DNA from: an uncultured bacterium
Lineage (GTDB): Bacteria > Patescibacteriota > Microgenomatia > UBA1400 > UBA12108
DNA length: 64,000 nucleotides
NCBI GenBank assembly: GCA_903945195.1
Contig: CAJAUT010000009.1
Location: forward strand, 23,231 to 87,230
Direction of reading: 5' to 3'
Shown: positions 46,645 through 57,288 of the stretch, one piece after another
Numbering within the stretch: position 1 is the first letter of the stretch
Layout: each line of letters opens with the position of its first letter
Position numbers and translations under genes: made by a program
The notes under the pieces: generated by a model
The model's input: only the letters and a program-made list of their open reading frames with translations
Databases searched by the model: none
Told to the model about the DNA's origin: nothing

Positions 46645-49512
46645 TTACTTCTTTCTAAGGCATCCACTAATAAGAGATTTTGCGTAAAAACAACCCGATG
46701 TCCCAGAATCTGGGCGTACTATACCAGGGCCTGTGGCGTTGGCATCTACACAAGTAAATTTTTGACCTCCAGCATCTGGATTGATTACAACCCCTATGTG
46801 ACCGACAGTTTTATCACCACACTCATCTACTCCCATGATAAAAAGATCTCCTGACTGCATATTTGGACAACCAACCAAATATTTATATCCTTCTACTTTA
46901 TATGAGGCGTACATACAGGCATTTACTTGCGGAAAACCTGGTCCGGCGCTAGCGGCCGCCAATCCAACACACTGAAGATGTTTTTCGGTTGTTGGCCAAC
47001 CATCTGTAAATTGTGAAGTTTCTAGTTGAGAGACTGCGCCTTCAAATGGCTTCAGAGCAGCAATAACACACTGCCATTTTGGGCTAGATATGCCGCCTAT
47101 CATGAGGGGATTTAACTTACAGTCGGTAAGAGCTTTGTAGATACATTGGGCTGCGTTTGCGACTGGATTGTTTGTAGTAGTGCCGCTTATGTCACAAACA
47201 ACGGAGGCACCAATAGTTCCAGTTTCTATTTTTGAGGTGATGATGGCGTCGTTGCCAAGAGACATGGAAAGAGTGATGCCTCCAACTGCAACAACAATAG
47301 AGGTTGTGGCTATAGAGCTAATAGTGGCGCCTACACTGTTTACAAATCCAGCCCACCAAGCGCTAACTAGTGCTCCTGCAGAGCCAAGCGCCGTAGAAGC
47401 CCAACCAGCGATTGCTCCTGCTTGAGAATATAAATATCCTAGTAATGCTCCAAGTGCAGTCCCTATCATAAGTACTCCCCATAGTGGTAAGGAAAACCCA
47501 ATGAGGAAAAATGAAACTAGGGCCACACTAAAGCCAATGATTGCACCGAGGATTGTGGGACCAGCTATCCCCATGAGCATGGCTAGTCCAGCAATGTTTT
47601 TGAGTACCCAACCCGCAATGACGTCTGCATTTTTTATCGCTTCTGGTGCTCTTTTGGCTTGTTGCATGACCCAGAGTCCAGCCTGGATGGCAAAAGATGC
47701 CCCTCCAGAAAGAGATCCAGCAACTAACCCAGCGCCCACCCAAGCTAAAAACTTCCCGGCAAGTTTTTCTCCACCAATTTTGGCGCCTTGTTTGACTAGC
47801 CAGTTGCCAAATTTGATGCGGAAGTGGGTTTTTGCTGAACCAATAAATCCTTCATACGAATACCCACCATTTTTGTACCAAGTGAGTCCTGTTTTGAGCC
47901 ATTGCGGCAGGTTTTTATTTGTGGCAATTTTTGAAATCCATCCACCCCATGATGCCAGTCGATGATCTGAAGAAAGAAAAAAAGCGATAGTTCTATGATT
48001 GTTTAAAAAACCATTATATGCTGTAGAAATACTTTCTCGAACACTGGTAACGGCGCCATAAACATTTCTGATAATAGGGATGTTTTGTGGGGACAGGGCG
48101 GTTTTGATTTTAAGAACGGCTTGATCGTAGGCGAGCCTAGATTTGTAGACACTGTCAATTAGGCCATGGTTTTCGCCGAGATATTTTTGAAGGTTGTCTA
48201 ATTGAGATTTGATGTCAGACGGGCTATATCCAGATTTTAATAATTGACTGGCAAGCTGTTCTCCCGAATAACCACTTCTGGTTAAAGTGACGATTAGCGG
48301 ATCTACGCCAGAATTTTTGGCAATGTGTGAGACTAGGCTGGCTGGCCTTAATCCTAAAATATCTGGTAAATCTCCAGCACTTGGTTCTAGGCCATTGGTA
48401 ATGCGGGCAAAATAAGTCCCAGTAGAGGGGTGATTGAGAGCCGCTTCTATAAGTCGATCTTGATCAACTTGTGTTAAATTGTATTTTTTGATTAATTCTG
48501 GGGTGATGGCGTTGCGCAGAGCCCTAACTTCGAAAGGGTCTTTTTTGATAAATCTATCGCTAAGCGAGGGCGATTCTAATGCATCAATAGTTGCTGAATG
48601 TAGTGATTTAACTAGATCATTACCCAAAGAATTTGGGTTGTCTCTACCCACGCCAGTCTCTTTTTGCCAGGAATTGATGGTGTTTTGAAGCTCATCTTTG
48701 GCCTGCGTGGGAGTGAGACCATGTTGTTTGTTGATATTTGCAAGACTTTCGAGATTTTCGTCTGTGTCTGATTTACTGAACCTCTCATTGTTGAGGAGAG
48801 TTGAGAGGTTTGTGGTGATATGGTCTACGTCCTGCCCTTCGGCAACGAGCGTGTTTTGGAGGGCTCTCCAGGTTGGAGAATTGGCTACGGCTTGATCTAG
48901 GAGGGCCTTGGTTTGGGCCTGGGCTTTAACTGGATCTGTAGTATCTATATTGTGAAGGGCGGGTGATAGTTCGGCTATCAAACTATTTTGCATTTGTCTG
49001 ATGTAGCCTGAAGAGGCCGAGCCAGATCTAGTCAGTGGCTCTAGAGCCTGTGCGACACGAGAATCTAGGAGATTTTTTGTTTGCCAGTACTTTTGAGCCC
49101 GCCTAACGGATTCGTTGTAGGCATTGATCTCGACCTTTGGATTTGTGGTTTTTTGGTCAACTTCTTCTAGGTGTGTTTGGTAGGCCCGGAGGATGTTTTC
49201 TCTGGTTTCTCTATCTGGGATGGAAGACTCTTTTTGTTTGTTGGCAAAAAGCAAAATACTATTGTATAGAGGGCGATAATTGGAGGGATTTTCCAGATCT
49301 AAAATCTTATCGCCAAGGAGGTTGTTGCGCTGGAAATCATCGACCAATGCTTTGACTTCACGATTGGTAAAGACGACTTTGGAGTCGCCGCTACCCAGCT
49401 CATAATCGTCTTTGGGGTGGCGGATGAGCTGAGAGACTAGTTCTAGCACTCCAAAAGGGGTACCAAAATTGCGAACTAGCTCTGATTTGGTAAGGTTGGC
49501 CATATACTCCAT
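46645..49512 (-). CDS. Large T4SS-associated protein: N-terminal soluble region, VirB6-like polytopic membrane segment, C-terminal CHAP (NlpC/P60-like) peptidoglycan hydrolase domain
   Basis: 955 aa; Gly/Ala-rich TM cluster in the middle (GLAMLMGIAGPTILGAIIGFSVALVSFFLIGFSLPLWGVLMIG...); C-terminal Cys...His arrangement (LQCVGLAAASAG...GCPNMQSGDLFIMG...GHIGVV) typical of CHAP domains. Confidence 0.55.
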   Translation of the reverse strand: MEYMANLTKSELVRNFGTPFGVLELVSQLIRHPKDDYELGSGDSKVVFTNREVKALVDDFQRNNLLGDKILDLENPSNYRPLYNSILLFANKQKESSIPDRETRENILRAYQTHLEEVDQKTTNPKVEINAYNESVRRAQKYWQTKNLLDSRVAQALEPLTRSGSASSGYIRQMQNSLIAELSPALHNIDTTDPVKAQAQTKALLDQAVANSPTWRALQNTLVAEGQDVDHITTNLSTLLNNERFSKSDTDENLESLANINKQHGLTPTQAKDELQNTINSWQKETGVGRDNPNSLGNDLVKSLHSATIDALESPSLSDRFIKKDPFEVRALRNAITPELIKKYNLTQVDQDRLIEAALNHPSTGTYFARITNGLEPSAGDLPDILGLRPASLVSHIAKNSGVDPLIVTLTRSGYSGEQLASQLLKSGYSPSDIKSQLDNLQKYLGENHGLIDSVYKSRLAYDQAVLKIKTALSPQNIPIIRNVYGAVTSVRESISTAYNGFLNNHRTIAFFLSSDHRLASWGGWISKIATNKNLPQWLKTGLTWYKNGGYSYEGFIGSAKTHFRIKFGNWLVKQGAKIGGEKLAGKFLAWVGAGLVAGSLSGGASFAIQAGLWVMQQAKRAPEAIKNADVIAGWVLKNIAGLAMLMGIAGPTILGAIIGFSVALVSFFLIGFSLPLWGVLMIGTALGALLGYLYSQAGAIAGWASTALGSAGALVSAWWAGFVNSVGATISSIATTSIVVAVGGITLSMSLGNDAIITSKIETGTIGASVVCDISGTTTNNPVANAAQCIYKALTDCKLNPLMIGGISSPKWQCVIAALKPFEGAVSQLETSQFTDGWPTTEKHLQCVGLAAASAGPGFPQVNACMYASYKVEGYKYLVGCPNMQSGDLFIMGVDECGDKTVGHIGVVINPDAGGQKFTCVDANATGPGIVRPDSGTSGCFYAKSLISGCLRKK

Positions 49513-49536
49513 TCTATCATCTGAGAATGGTATAAT

Positions 49537-52500
49537 TTGGGCATGGCAGAAAAGGAAAAATTAAGCGAGGTTAAAGAACTAGAGAGAATGGTGCGCTCTG
49601 GTGAGACGGATGCTAGTGGCGAAGATAAGGACGGACTTAAATTCCTAGAGCAACTCATGGTGTTTATGAAGTTGAAGTTGCTGAGAAAAACAACTGAAAC
49701 GGGTGGGGTAAAAAAAGAAACAATAGACAATCTAGAAAAAGATTTACTTGGGTCAGATAAAGATAAAAAAGAAAAAGCAAATCTTAACCTTGAAAGTCTT
49801 TTAAAGAAGATGGTGGGAATTGAGACTGGCATAGAGAATCAATCGATTGACGTATTAATTGCTAAGGCAAAAATGCCTGAAGATCAGAGAGATCATGCTA
49901 CCGCTCTCGAGATGAGAGTCATTGAGCTGAAAAATGGTGAATATACTGGCGATAAAAAGGCGGAAGCCGAATCTATAACAAAAGGATTTTTACAAATCAG
50001 CGAGAGTGTTGGTATCTTAAAGACGGGTGAGAAGACTAAAGAGCAAATAGTGACAAAATTAAATGCAGAACTATCTGAGGTTAATGAAATTAAGCGAAAA
50101 CTAGAAGTAGTAAAAGTAAAAGAAGAAGTAAAGACTGAAAAGGGCGCAAAAGAAAGAGTAAATGTGGCAAAGAGTAAAACACTTGAGTTCGTAAACAAGG
50201 AATTGAAAGACGGTAAAGACAGAGTTACTAAAGTTCGCGTGGGGAAATCTGATGATAGGCGGGGTAGATTGTTGCAAAAAGATATAGACGATTTTTTGAA
50301 AGTTGTCCAAACAGAGGTAAATGATCCTAGGCAAATGGAAGACCTTAAGTCTGATGATTGTATAGATAGAATATACAAAATCAACCAGCTAGCTAGGTTG
50401 GCTTCAAAAATGCAATCTCCTAGCTTGGCCACTGACAACTTTTTTGAGATGCAAATTCCATATATGGACCAACTAAAGAATAAGTTAAAGGATGACAAAA
50501 TACAAAATGGGGAAGAGGTGTATAAATTTGTTCAAGAGGTCTGGTACAGCAAAAAGCTACCCAATCCAGAAGAGCTTGGAAAGAAACTTCTAAATATTAC
50601 TAGTGGTAAGAGGGGTGAAGAGACTGCTAGGACCACAACCCGTCGAGATGGATCTAAAAAAGATGGGGCGGATTTGTTGTATGAGAACGGAGAGGATCCA
50701 CTACAGTTTATTCAAGATGCTTTGGGATTTGAACAAAAAAGCAGGAGGGCCCCCGGATCGATCATGCTAGAACAGATTAAGGACTTACTAGAAAACAATG
50801 GCCTTGATGTTATTAAATTAGAAGGCACCTTTAAAGGGCGTAGCAGGGAAGAATTTGCTCAAGCAATGCAAATGAAATATGGTTTTGAACCTAATCAAGC
50901 TGGCTTACTCTATGATTCTATCTTCAAGAACAGAACAGCATTTAGAAATGAAGCCTTTACGAAATATTTGGAATCAAAAGACTATAAGGGTTATACGGGC
51001 GCCCTGATATCATATCTGTCCAAGGTGGGCTTGCGCGAGGGAATGAATGATTTACAACTAATGAGTCTCATGAATGATGCTCGATTTACTCTGGCTGAGG
51101 CAGGTCCAGAAGGAGAGAAGCTACTAAAGGTGTTTAAGTCGTTTGAGAGCATAGCATTTTTCCATGACAAATACTTTAACTTGGGCGCAAAAGAGTATTC
51201 TGAGATATTGAACCATTTGGGTGATGGGCCTTTGTGGGTTTGGTTGCAGGAGCATGCAGATGTACTAAGGGAAGAAATCACCTTTACAGAGGGGCCAAAA
51301 AGAGGAGAGAAGGCTAGCGTGTCAGTTCTTGAAATACATGACATGATGCAATCACAATATTGGTCTAAACGACTTGTCTATACTCCGCCAATTCGAGAAG
51401 GAGAGTTGTTTGACGAAATGATGCTGAGTCATTTGCTGAACGGGGACGAGCCAATTGTCATAAAAGAAAACGGTGATATTTTTGATATGAACAAAAAATT
51501 ATTGGGAAACAAAAATCATGATCTCATGGTGGATGGTCAGCCCAAATCTTTGGCAGCATTAATTACTGATTCTAGGTGGAAGGTGGGAACTGCACAGGAC
51601 ATATGGCGTTTTACTGGTCGTAATTTAAATATCTTGGATGACGTCGATATCGCTAAAGCACTAGGAGTTAACAAAGCCCTGCTTGGGATAAGTAAAATAT
51701 GTAGATATAGCGAGCAATATGAATTCATCAGTTCTTATCAACACGAAATAATGGGTGCTGATACATTCCTTTATGATTTTGATTGGTACAAAAATACCTT
51801 TGGAAAGGGGTTGAAAAAACTATTTGGAGAAGCGGGGATAGAGGCAAAACAAGCTGAGCTGATACAAAAGCTAATTTCAAAACACATCATGAGTAAAAGG
51901 CGCGTCGGAACTGAGGTCTTTGATGGAAGTAATCTGGCAATAGAGGATGTAAAGCTCTTGGCGAGTGGGTCGAAGCGAATGACTTTTGATGAAGCTAAAA
52001 CAGAATATTTGGGTAGACTTGCCAAGAGGGGAGAAGATATTTCTAAAATAAGGATAGATCCAAACGATGCCAGTGATAAATATGCGATGCAAGTTAATTT
52101 ACTCATGGAAAAATGGAATGACAATGCATTTAGTGAGGATGAAATGGCACAAATTAATGCACTTCCTTGGGACAAAATTAACAAAATTTATGCAAAAAGA
52201 CTAGGAAAAGAAAGTAGCGCAGTGGGCAATGACTTTAAAGGGTTTATAGATAACTTCTCGTACGCCAGGCTATCTGAATACGTAGAGAGTTTACGTGGTA
52301 CAGACATGAAGGACTATGGCGGATACTACGCTATCGCGGCTGAGGCAGTGGCTGGCGCTATTAAAGCTGGACTAGCAAATGGGTCTTCTGAGGCACTAGC
52401 TAAGATGATTGGAGCTATGGAAACTTATCATCCTTATGATGCAAATGGGCTTAATAGACTAGGGCTTGCGATGTGGAGAGAGGTACTGACATGGAGAACT

Positions 52501-52887
52501 CATAAGCTAACTAGACGCGTACCAAAACAATCTGGTGGATATGTCCTGCCAAATGGTGACCTAATGGTGAACAAATATGGTAGGTGGGAAAAAGAGATGA
52601 AGACTGAAATTTTACTCCCTGGAGAAAGTTTGATGAGTAAGTATAAATATCTTGTGACTTGGGGGTTTGAAGATGTAGAGATGTCAATGAGGTTTTTGGT
52701 TGGTAGTGGGATATTTACAAGAAAAGATGGCGATGCAGAGCTGTTTAATCGGTTTGGACCAGCGGCATGGAGATGGTTGCGTAGAGCTATACAGCTAAAT
52801 GACTGGGAATATTTCTGGATCCAACTAGAGAAGGATGGGAACGAAGAAATGAAAAGCGTCTTTAAATATATATTTTCAACAAAATAA
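49537..52887 (+). CDS. Very large hypothetical protein (1116 aa), divergent from the CHAP gene within the T4SS locus
   Basis: Long open frame with a Lys/Glu-rich coiled-coil-like N-terminal 300 aa; no Walker, HUH or other motif recognised; the only plus-strand gene in the 42-59 kb locus. Confidence 0.5.
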   Translation: MGMAEKEKLSEVKELERMVRSGETDASGEDKDGLKFLEQLMVFMKLKLLRKTTETGGVKKETIDNLEKDLLGSDKDKKEKANLNLESLLKKMVGIETGIENQSIDVLIAKAKMPEDQRDHATALEMRVIELKNGEYTGDKKAEAESITKGFLQISESVGILKTGEKTKEQIVTKLNAELSEVNEIKRKLEVVKVKEEVKTEKGAKERVNVAKSKTLEFVNKELKDGKDRVTKVRVGKSDDRRGRLLQKDIDDFLKVVQTEVNDPRQMEDLKSDDCIDRIYKINQLARLASKMQSPSLATDNFFEMQIPYMDQLKNKLKDDKIQNGEEVYKFVQEVWYSKKLPNPEELGKKLLNITSGKRGEETARTTTRRDGSKKDGADLLYENGEDPLQFIQDALGFEQKSRRAPGSIMLEQIKDLLENNGLDVIKLEGTFKGRSREEFAQAMQMKYGFEPNQAGLLYDSIFKNRTAFRNEAFTKYLESKDYKGYTGALISYLSKVGLREGMNDLQLMSLMNDARFTLAEAGPEGEKLLKVFKSFESIAFFHDKYFNLGAKEYSEILNHLGDGPLWVWLQEHADVLREEITFTEGPKRGEKASVSVLEIHDMMQSQYWSKRLVYTPPIREGELFDEMMLSHLLNGDEPIVIKENGDIFDMNKKLLGNKNHDLMVDGQPKSLAALITDSRWKVGTAQDIWRFTGRNLNILDDVDIAKALGVNKALLGISKICRYSEQYEFISSYQHEIMGADTFLYDFDWYKNTFGKGLKKLFGEAGIEAKQAELIQKLISKHIMSKRRVGTEVFDGSNLAIEDVKLLASGSKRMTFDEAKTEYLGRLAKRGEDISKIRIDPNDASDKYAMQVNLLMEKWNDNAFSEDEMAQINALPWDKINKIYAKRLGKESSAVGNDFKGFIDNFSYARLSEYVESLRGTDMKDYGGYYAIAAEAVAGAIKAGLANGSSEALAKMIGAMETYHPYDANGLNRLGLAMWREVLTWRTHKLTRRVPKQSGGYVLPNGDLMVNKYGRWEKEMKTEILLPGESLMSKYKYLVTWGFEDVEMSMRFLVGSGIFTRKDGDAELFNRFGPAAWRWLRRAIQLNDWEYFWIQLEKDGNEEMKSVFKYIFSTK

Positions 52888-52902
52888 TTTAAGTTAAAAA
52901 GT

Positions 52903-54417
52903 TTATTTGGCTTTTCCGCCTGGTTCTTGTGGAGCACTACTGAGACCTGTGTTGCGGATTTGATTTCCAAGCATTTTGGATTGGAGGCGGGCTGCGCGCT
53001 CTTGCTGGAGACTGGAGATGTAGGCTTTGGGTAGGTATGAGGCTGCGCCATAGCCCTGTCCAATACCAGCCATGATCTCTGAGGTGTATTTGCTCTGCTC
53101 GACCTTTAGCGTGTCTCTGGTCATTTGGGCAGCTGCTGGGACCATCATAATGATAAAGATACCCAGGAGTGCCATAAAGGTTTCTTGGATACTAACTGGC
53201 GTGGTTACTTCAGAATTGTCGACAAAAGATAAAAATGGTGGAACCCATCTGGTAGAATCGGTCTCTCCACCCTGTAGATATCCCGTATTTACCTCGAATG
53301 GATTTACTTGATTACCTTCAATGACTAGTTTTTCTGTACCAGGTCCCATCAGTATGGCTCCAAATAATAACATGGCTAGCACTGTGGGGAAAACGGCTGC
53401 ATTGGCTAGTAGATTTCTAGCCCAGTTGGAAAAAGATTTTGATCCAGGTATACCGTTCATTAGTAGTTGAAGGGGAGACACCACAGTTAGGACGATGATC
53501 ATAAAGTATGACTGCATCAATTGCCAGAGAGTCTTGAACATGCCAATAAGTACTCCTAGTCCTATCACGGCAAATGCTAGTCCTTGAGTGACTCCACCTA
53601 GTTTGGCTAAGCCACTAGAAGCAGTGATTTGGTCTGTAAAAGAACCAATGGCTAGGGCTGCGATTGTGTGGATTCTATCTCTACCAGATAACATCATATA
53701 CATGATGTTGTTGTTTAACACTTTATCCATCACTCCACCCGCATCTTTGATGAGACTTCCAGCTTCGGCGATATAAACTATTAAATACATAGATAAGTAA
53801 ATGAGGTCAACAATAAATCCCGCAATGGCGTACGAGAAGGTAATGAGTAGAAGAGTGACTAGTAAGTTGGGGAGACTATTTTGGATGGAAATGATGGTTT
53901 GAGCATTTATCTTTGTCCTGAGCATGATCATGACCCCGATAACTAAGAAGATTATGATGTAAAGAGAATAGGCTACATTTCTAAAAGCTTTCCAGATTTG
54001 TAAGACTGGAGATAGTGCTTTGTAACCAATTCCTTGAGCTTGGACTTTGGTAAATCCAGGAAGCCCAATATTGTTGCCTAGATCGGCGAGATATTCGCCC
54101 GTATTGATTGGTGGCACCATAAGCGCAGTTGTAACGTACTTGGTAATTCTAGGTGTGATGCCAGAAACTGCTTGAGATCCGTCGGCAGAAGGGGAGTAAC
54201 CAACAATATATTTTTCTTGCGACATTTCTTCTGAACTGACAGTGGCACCAATGTCTGAATCTGGTGAGCAGCCGCTGACGTTGCATCCTACGGCAAAAGT
54301 ATAGGTTTCAAAAAGTCCACGACTAGGGGCGACTTGTCCATCTGCGGCGCGCGCCATTGTGACAAAAGAAAATGCGGACACGAGAAGGAGTGTAAAGATA
54401 GATAGTATTTTACGCAT
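52903..54417 (-). CDS. VirB6/TrbL-like polytopic membrane protein with a signal peptide
   Basis: 504 aa; signal peptide MRKILSIFTLLLVSAFSFVTMARA; at least 6 TM helices with Gly-rich segments; no enzymatic motif. Confidence 0.5.
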   Translation of the reverse strand: MRKILSIFTLLLVSAFSFVTMARAADGQVAPSRGLFETYTFAVGCNVSGCSPDSDIGATVSSEEMSQEKYIVGYSPSADGSQAVSGITPRITKYVTTALMVPPINTGEYLADLGNNIGLPGFTKVQAQGIGYKALSPVLQIWKAFRNVAYSLYIIIFLVIGVMIMLRTKINAQTIISIQNSLPNLLVTLLLITFSYAIAGFIVDLIYLSMYLIVYIAEAGSLIKDAGGVMDKVLNNNIMYMMLSGRDRIHTIAALAIGSFTDQITASSGLAKLGGVTQGLAFAVIGLGVLIGMFKTLWQLMQSYFMIIVLTVVSPLQLLMNGIPGSKSFSNWARNLLANAAVFPTVLAMLLFGAILMGPGTEKLVIEGNQVNPFEVNTGYLQGGETDSTRWVPPFLSFVDNSEVTTPVSIQETFMALLGIFIIMMVPAAAQMTRDTLKVEQSKYTSEIMAGIGQGYGAASYLPKAYISSLQQERAARLQSKMLGNQIRNTGLSSAPQEPGGKAK

Positions 54418-54443
54418 AGTGGTATTGTACTAGATTTTACATT

Positions 54444-56990
54444 TTACTTACAGCTATAACTTTCATAATAATCAAATGCCCGTTTCCAGTGATTGTTGTC
54501 TGCTGTTTGAGCTCCTGATGATCCTCCAGGTCCTGAGTAAGCAGCTTCTGTACAGTACCCAGTATATTGACGCATAGAAGTGGATATTCTTTCTGGTGTC
54601 CACTCGCACGAGTTGGCTGGACCAGTAGCACTAAGATAGAAAGGATGTCCCCAACATGATGCTGGAGCAGGATACGCTCCTGACCCACCACTTTCTTTGG
54701 CTAGCTTGGCGGCTGCGGCAAAGGTGGCATCAATCACGTTGCATGGTGAGAACTCTACTCTTCCAGAGTCAATGGCTTTTGATGATTCACTATAATCTGG
54801 AGACCAATCATATTTACCACCACCCTTTGGGGTAGACAAGAAAGCAAATGGACCTCTTGCTCCTGTCCCAGATGCTAGTGAATCACAATTTGGTACTTCG
54901 CCTCCGCAAACGCTCCAAGCCTTTACGTTTGCCTCAGTCCAATCCCAACGATAATCACCGCCCTCAGAAATAAATGCACTATATAAAATAGATGCGGGAA
55001 CCTTGTAAGTGGTGGCAGCCAAATTAAATATTTTTACTAGAGTTGGGGGAAGTCCCGAATCACACAACGAACAACTGAGATCTGAGCCACTTAAATCTGG
55101 AAGTTCGGTGGAGCTACAGGTATTGATTAATTTGGAAGGTTGGCCGCAGGAATTGACGGCAGTGCCATCTGCGATCATGCGCGGGGTATAAATGTAATCT
55201 GATCTATCTGTACCTTTGCAAGGCATGAAAGCGGAGTTGTTTACTTTTATGGTTTTAGACAATCTTTCATTCATGCCAAACAACTCTCCTTCTTTTGAAA
55301 CCACAACATTGATATCATTATTTGTTTTCAAATATTCCTTAGATAGTTCGGTGGATGGCATGAGATTTGCTAGAGATGGGAGCTCGAGAAATCTACTGGC
55401 CTGAGACCAGGATTCGCCGATCATATAGGTGCGTCTTTTGTTGGGGATTACTTTTAATAATATCTTCATTGAGATATCAAATAAGTTGGTCATGGAGGGC
55501 TCACCGTGCACCGCATTAGCATCTTGCTTGTTATAGTCTTCTTCGGAGGCTTTTGGCCTTCGAGGCGGTGGATTTTTCTCTGGATTATATAATCTATTTG
55601 GATAATCTAGTATAGAGCCAAGCTTCTTAACTGTTAGTGGTCCATATCTAGTCACAGTGTTTTCGGGAGTGGCTGATTCGGCCTCGGCGTCTGTGTTGTT
55701 ATTGCCAAAAACCAAGGCAGTTGGCATGTGAGTGACGTCTGCTCTTGGCTCTGCAAAATAATTTGCAACTAGAGGAATCTTTTTCCCCATATCTGCCAAT
55801 AGGGCCTTACCAATTGCTCGCGGATTAGTAAGTGATGCTTCGATAATCATTCCCTCTGTTGCGGCTCTAGCAGAATAATTGTCTACCAAGGTACCTTTGT
55901 GAAGAGCGAAGTTGTATTTGCCAGACGTATCACTTTTACTGCCAAGTGCTAAAACTAGCGACCCGATTGATAAGGCAGGAGCATTTGTGTCTTTAGGGTA
56001 GAGGGGGGTACATTTGAAATATTTTACCCAATCCTCGTCATTTTTTTCGGCAAGTTTAAAGTTGTATAACCACTTTGCATACCAAGTGCTGTTTTGGAGA
56101 TAGCTGGGAACAGGGCGAAGCGAGGGATTTTCTGCGGCTCTAAACTCTGCATCTATTTGTTCTTGACTGAAGCCTTCTGGTAGTGGGGCGGAAAGATCGT
56201 ATTCTGTTTGCCAAATTTGTCGATAGTTTTCTGGCTTCATGTCTCCTGGTATTTTATCGTTGTAAATATCGATAAATTCGAGAGTTTCTCCATCTATTGT
56301 TACTTTTTCTTTCCAGTTGATTCCTCCTACAGGGAGCTCTTTGTGAGGATTGTTACTTTTTTGATAATTGATCCAGGTGGAAAATGCTCTCCATAGCAAA
56401 CTAAGCCTTAGTTGATTTTGATAATCAGAGGGCAATATCATGTCGTGTGAGCCCATGGTAAGTACGTTTGATGACTGAGAGCACTGATTGGCGGTGAACA
56501 TGTGATTGTAGCTTTGCCAACCTGGGACCGCGAGCCCATCAGTCCCACTTGAGTCGGTGCCTATAAATTTTTTTGAGTATGCTGGACTTTGATTAAATTT
56601 ACATTTTCCCTTTGTAGAGAGTGGATTTTGCTTGTTTACCATTCTTTGACATTGACCAGTGATGGGCCTGTCTTCCTGTCGATCATTTTGTTGTGGATAT
56701 ATAACATTGGCAATTTTGTCACACGAAGTTGGGTCTGTCGTATCACAGGTGACGTTTTTTAACTCGTCTTCGTTTAATACAATCATGGTTTCGGGGATCC
56801 CTTTTTCTCCTTCTAGAATGATTTCTAGGTTTTGATCTGCAATATATCCTGTAATCATTTGAGAATATATATCTACATCATATTTTGTTTTTGGTTGTTC
56901 TGCATTGACTCCTCGATCTATTTTTGGGAATATAACAAATAATCCCAAAAATATTAGGATAGATATTGAAATCTTTTTTAGAATAATCAT
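54444..56990 (-). CDS. Large secreted Cys-rich hypothetical protein
   Basis: Start taken at the internal Met (MIILKKISISILIFLGLFVIF, signal/TM) to avoid a 70-bp overlap with the upstream paralog; about 848 aa; many Cys in the C-terminal 250 aa. Confidence 0.45.
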   Translation of the reverse strand: MIILKKISISILIFLGLFVIFPKIDRGVNAEQPKTKYDVDIYSQMITGYIADQNLEIILEGEKGIPETMIVLNEDELKNVTCDTTDPTSCDKIANVIYPQQNDRQEDRPITGQCQRMVNKQNPLSTKGKCKFNQSPAYSKKFIGTDSSGTDGLAVPGWQSYNHMFTANQCSQSSNVLTMGSHDMILPSDYQNQLRLSLLWRAFSTWINYQKSNNPHKELPVGGINWKEKVTIDGETLEFIDIYNDKIPGDMKPENYRQIWQTEYDLSAPLPEGFSQEQIDAEFRAAENPSLRPVPSYLQNSTWYAKWLYNFKLAEKNDEDWVKYFKCTPLYPKDTNAPALSIGSLVLALGSKSDTSGKYNFALHKGTLVDNYSARAATEGMIIEASLTNPRAIGKALLADMGKKIPLVANYFAEPRADVTHMPTALVFGNNNTDAEAESATPENTVTRYGPLTVKKLGSILDYPNRLYNPEKNPPPRRPKASEEDYNKQDANAVHGEPSMTNLFDISMKILLKVIPNKRRTYMIGESWSQASRFLELPSLANLMPSTELSKEYLKTNNDINVVVSKEGELFGMNERLSKTIKVNNSAFMPCKGTDRSDYIYTPRMIADGTAVNSCGQPSKLINTCSSTELPDLSGSDLSCSLCDSGLPPTLVKIFNLAATTYKVPASILYSAFISEGGDYRWDWTEANVKAWSVCGGEVPNCDSLASGTGARGPFAFLSTPKGGGKYDWSPDYSESSKAIDSGRVEFSPCNVIDATFAAAAKLAKESGGSGAYPAPASCWGHPFYLSATGPANSCEWTPERISTSMRQYTGYCTEAAYSGPGGSSGAQTADNNHWKRAFDYYESYSCK

Positions 56991-56992
56991 AT

Positions 56993-57274
56993 TTACAGAC
57001 CGAGCTTGAACTGAGTGACTCTGGCACCAGTTAAGTTCTCTATGAGAAGTAAAATGAGCCAACTGCCAATAGCCAATGCTATGCCGGCGATTGCGCCTCC
57101 CATGATACCTTTACCTTTTTTCATAGAATCTGGATTTCCGGCGCCAGTTAGAAAAGTAAAGCCTCCTACGAGGATCATGATGAAAGAAATAAGACCGATT
57201 AGGGGAATAATAGCCAAAAGAACATTCCCAATATATAGAGATAGATCTGAGAGTTGAGCCGCTTCTTCTTCCAT
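56993..57274 (-). CDS. Small two-helix pilin-like protein, paralog P7 (most divergent)
   Basis: 93 aa: TM1 ...ILVGGFTFLTGAGNPDSMKKGKG..., TM2 IAGIALAIGSWLILLLI; same architecture as P1-P6. Confidence 0.55.
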   Translation of the reverse strand: MEEEAAQLSDLSLYIGNVLLAIIPLIGLISFIMILVGGFTFLTGAGNPDSMKKGKGIMGGAIAGIALAIGSWLILLLIENLTGARVTQFKLGL

Positions 57275-57288
57275 GAAATCATTATAGC

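Noticed and set aside
54437-54691. 84-aa ORF overlapping the 3' end of the 872-aa secreted-protein gene in another frame
   Set aside because: It is completely nested within a long confident ORF on the same strand; presumed spurious.
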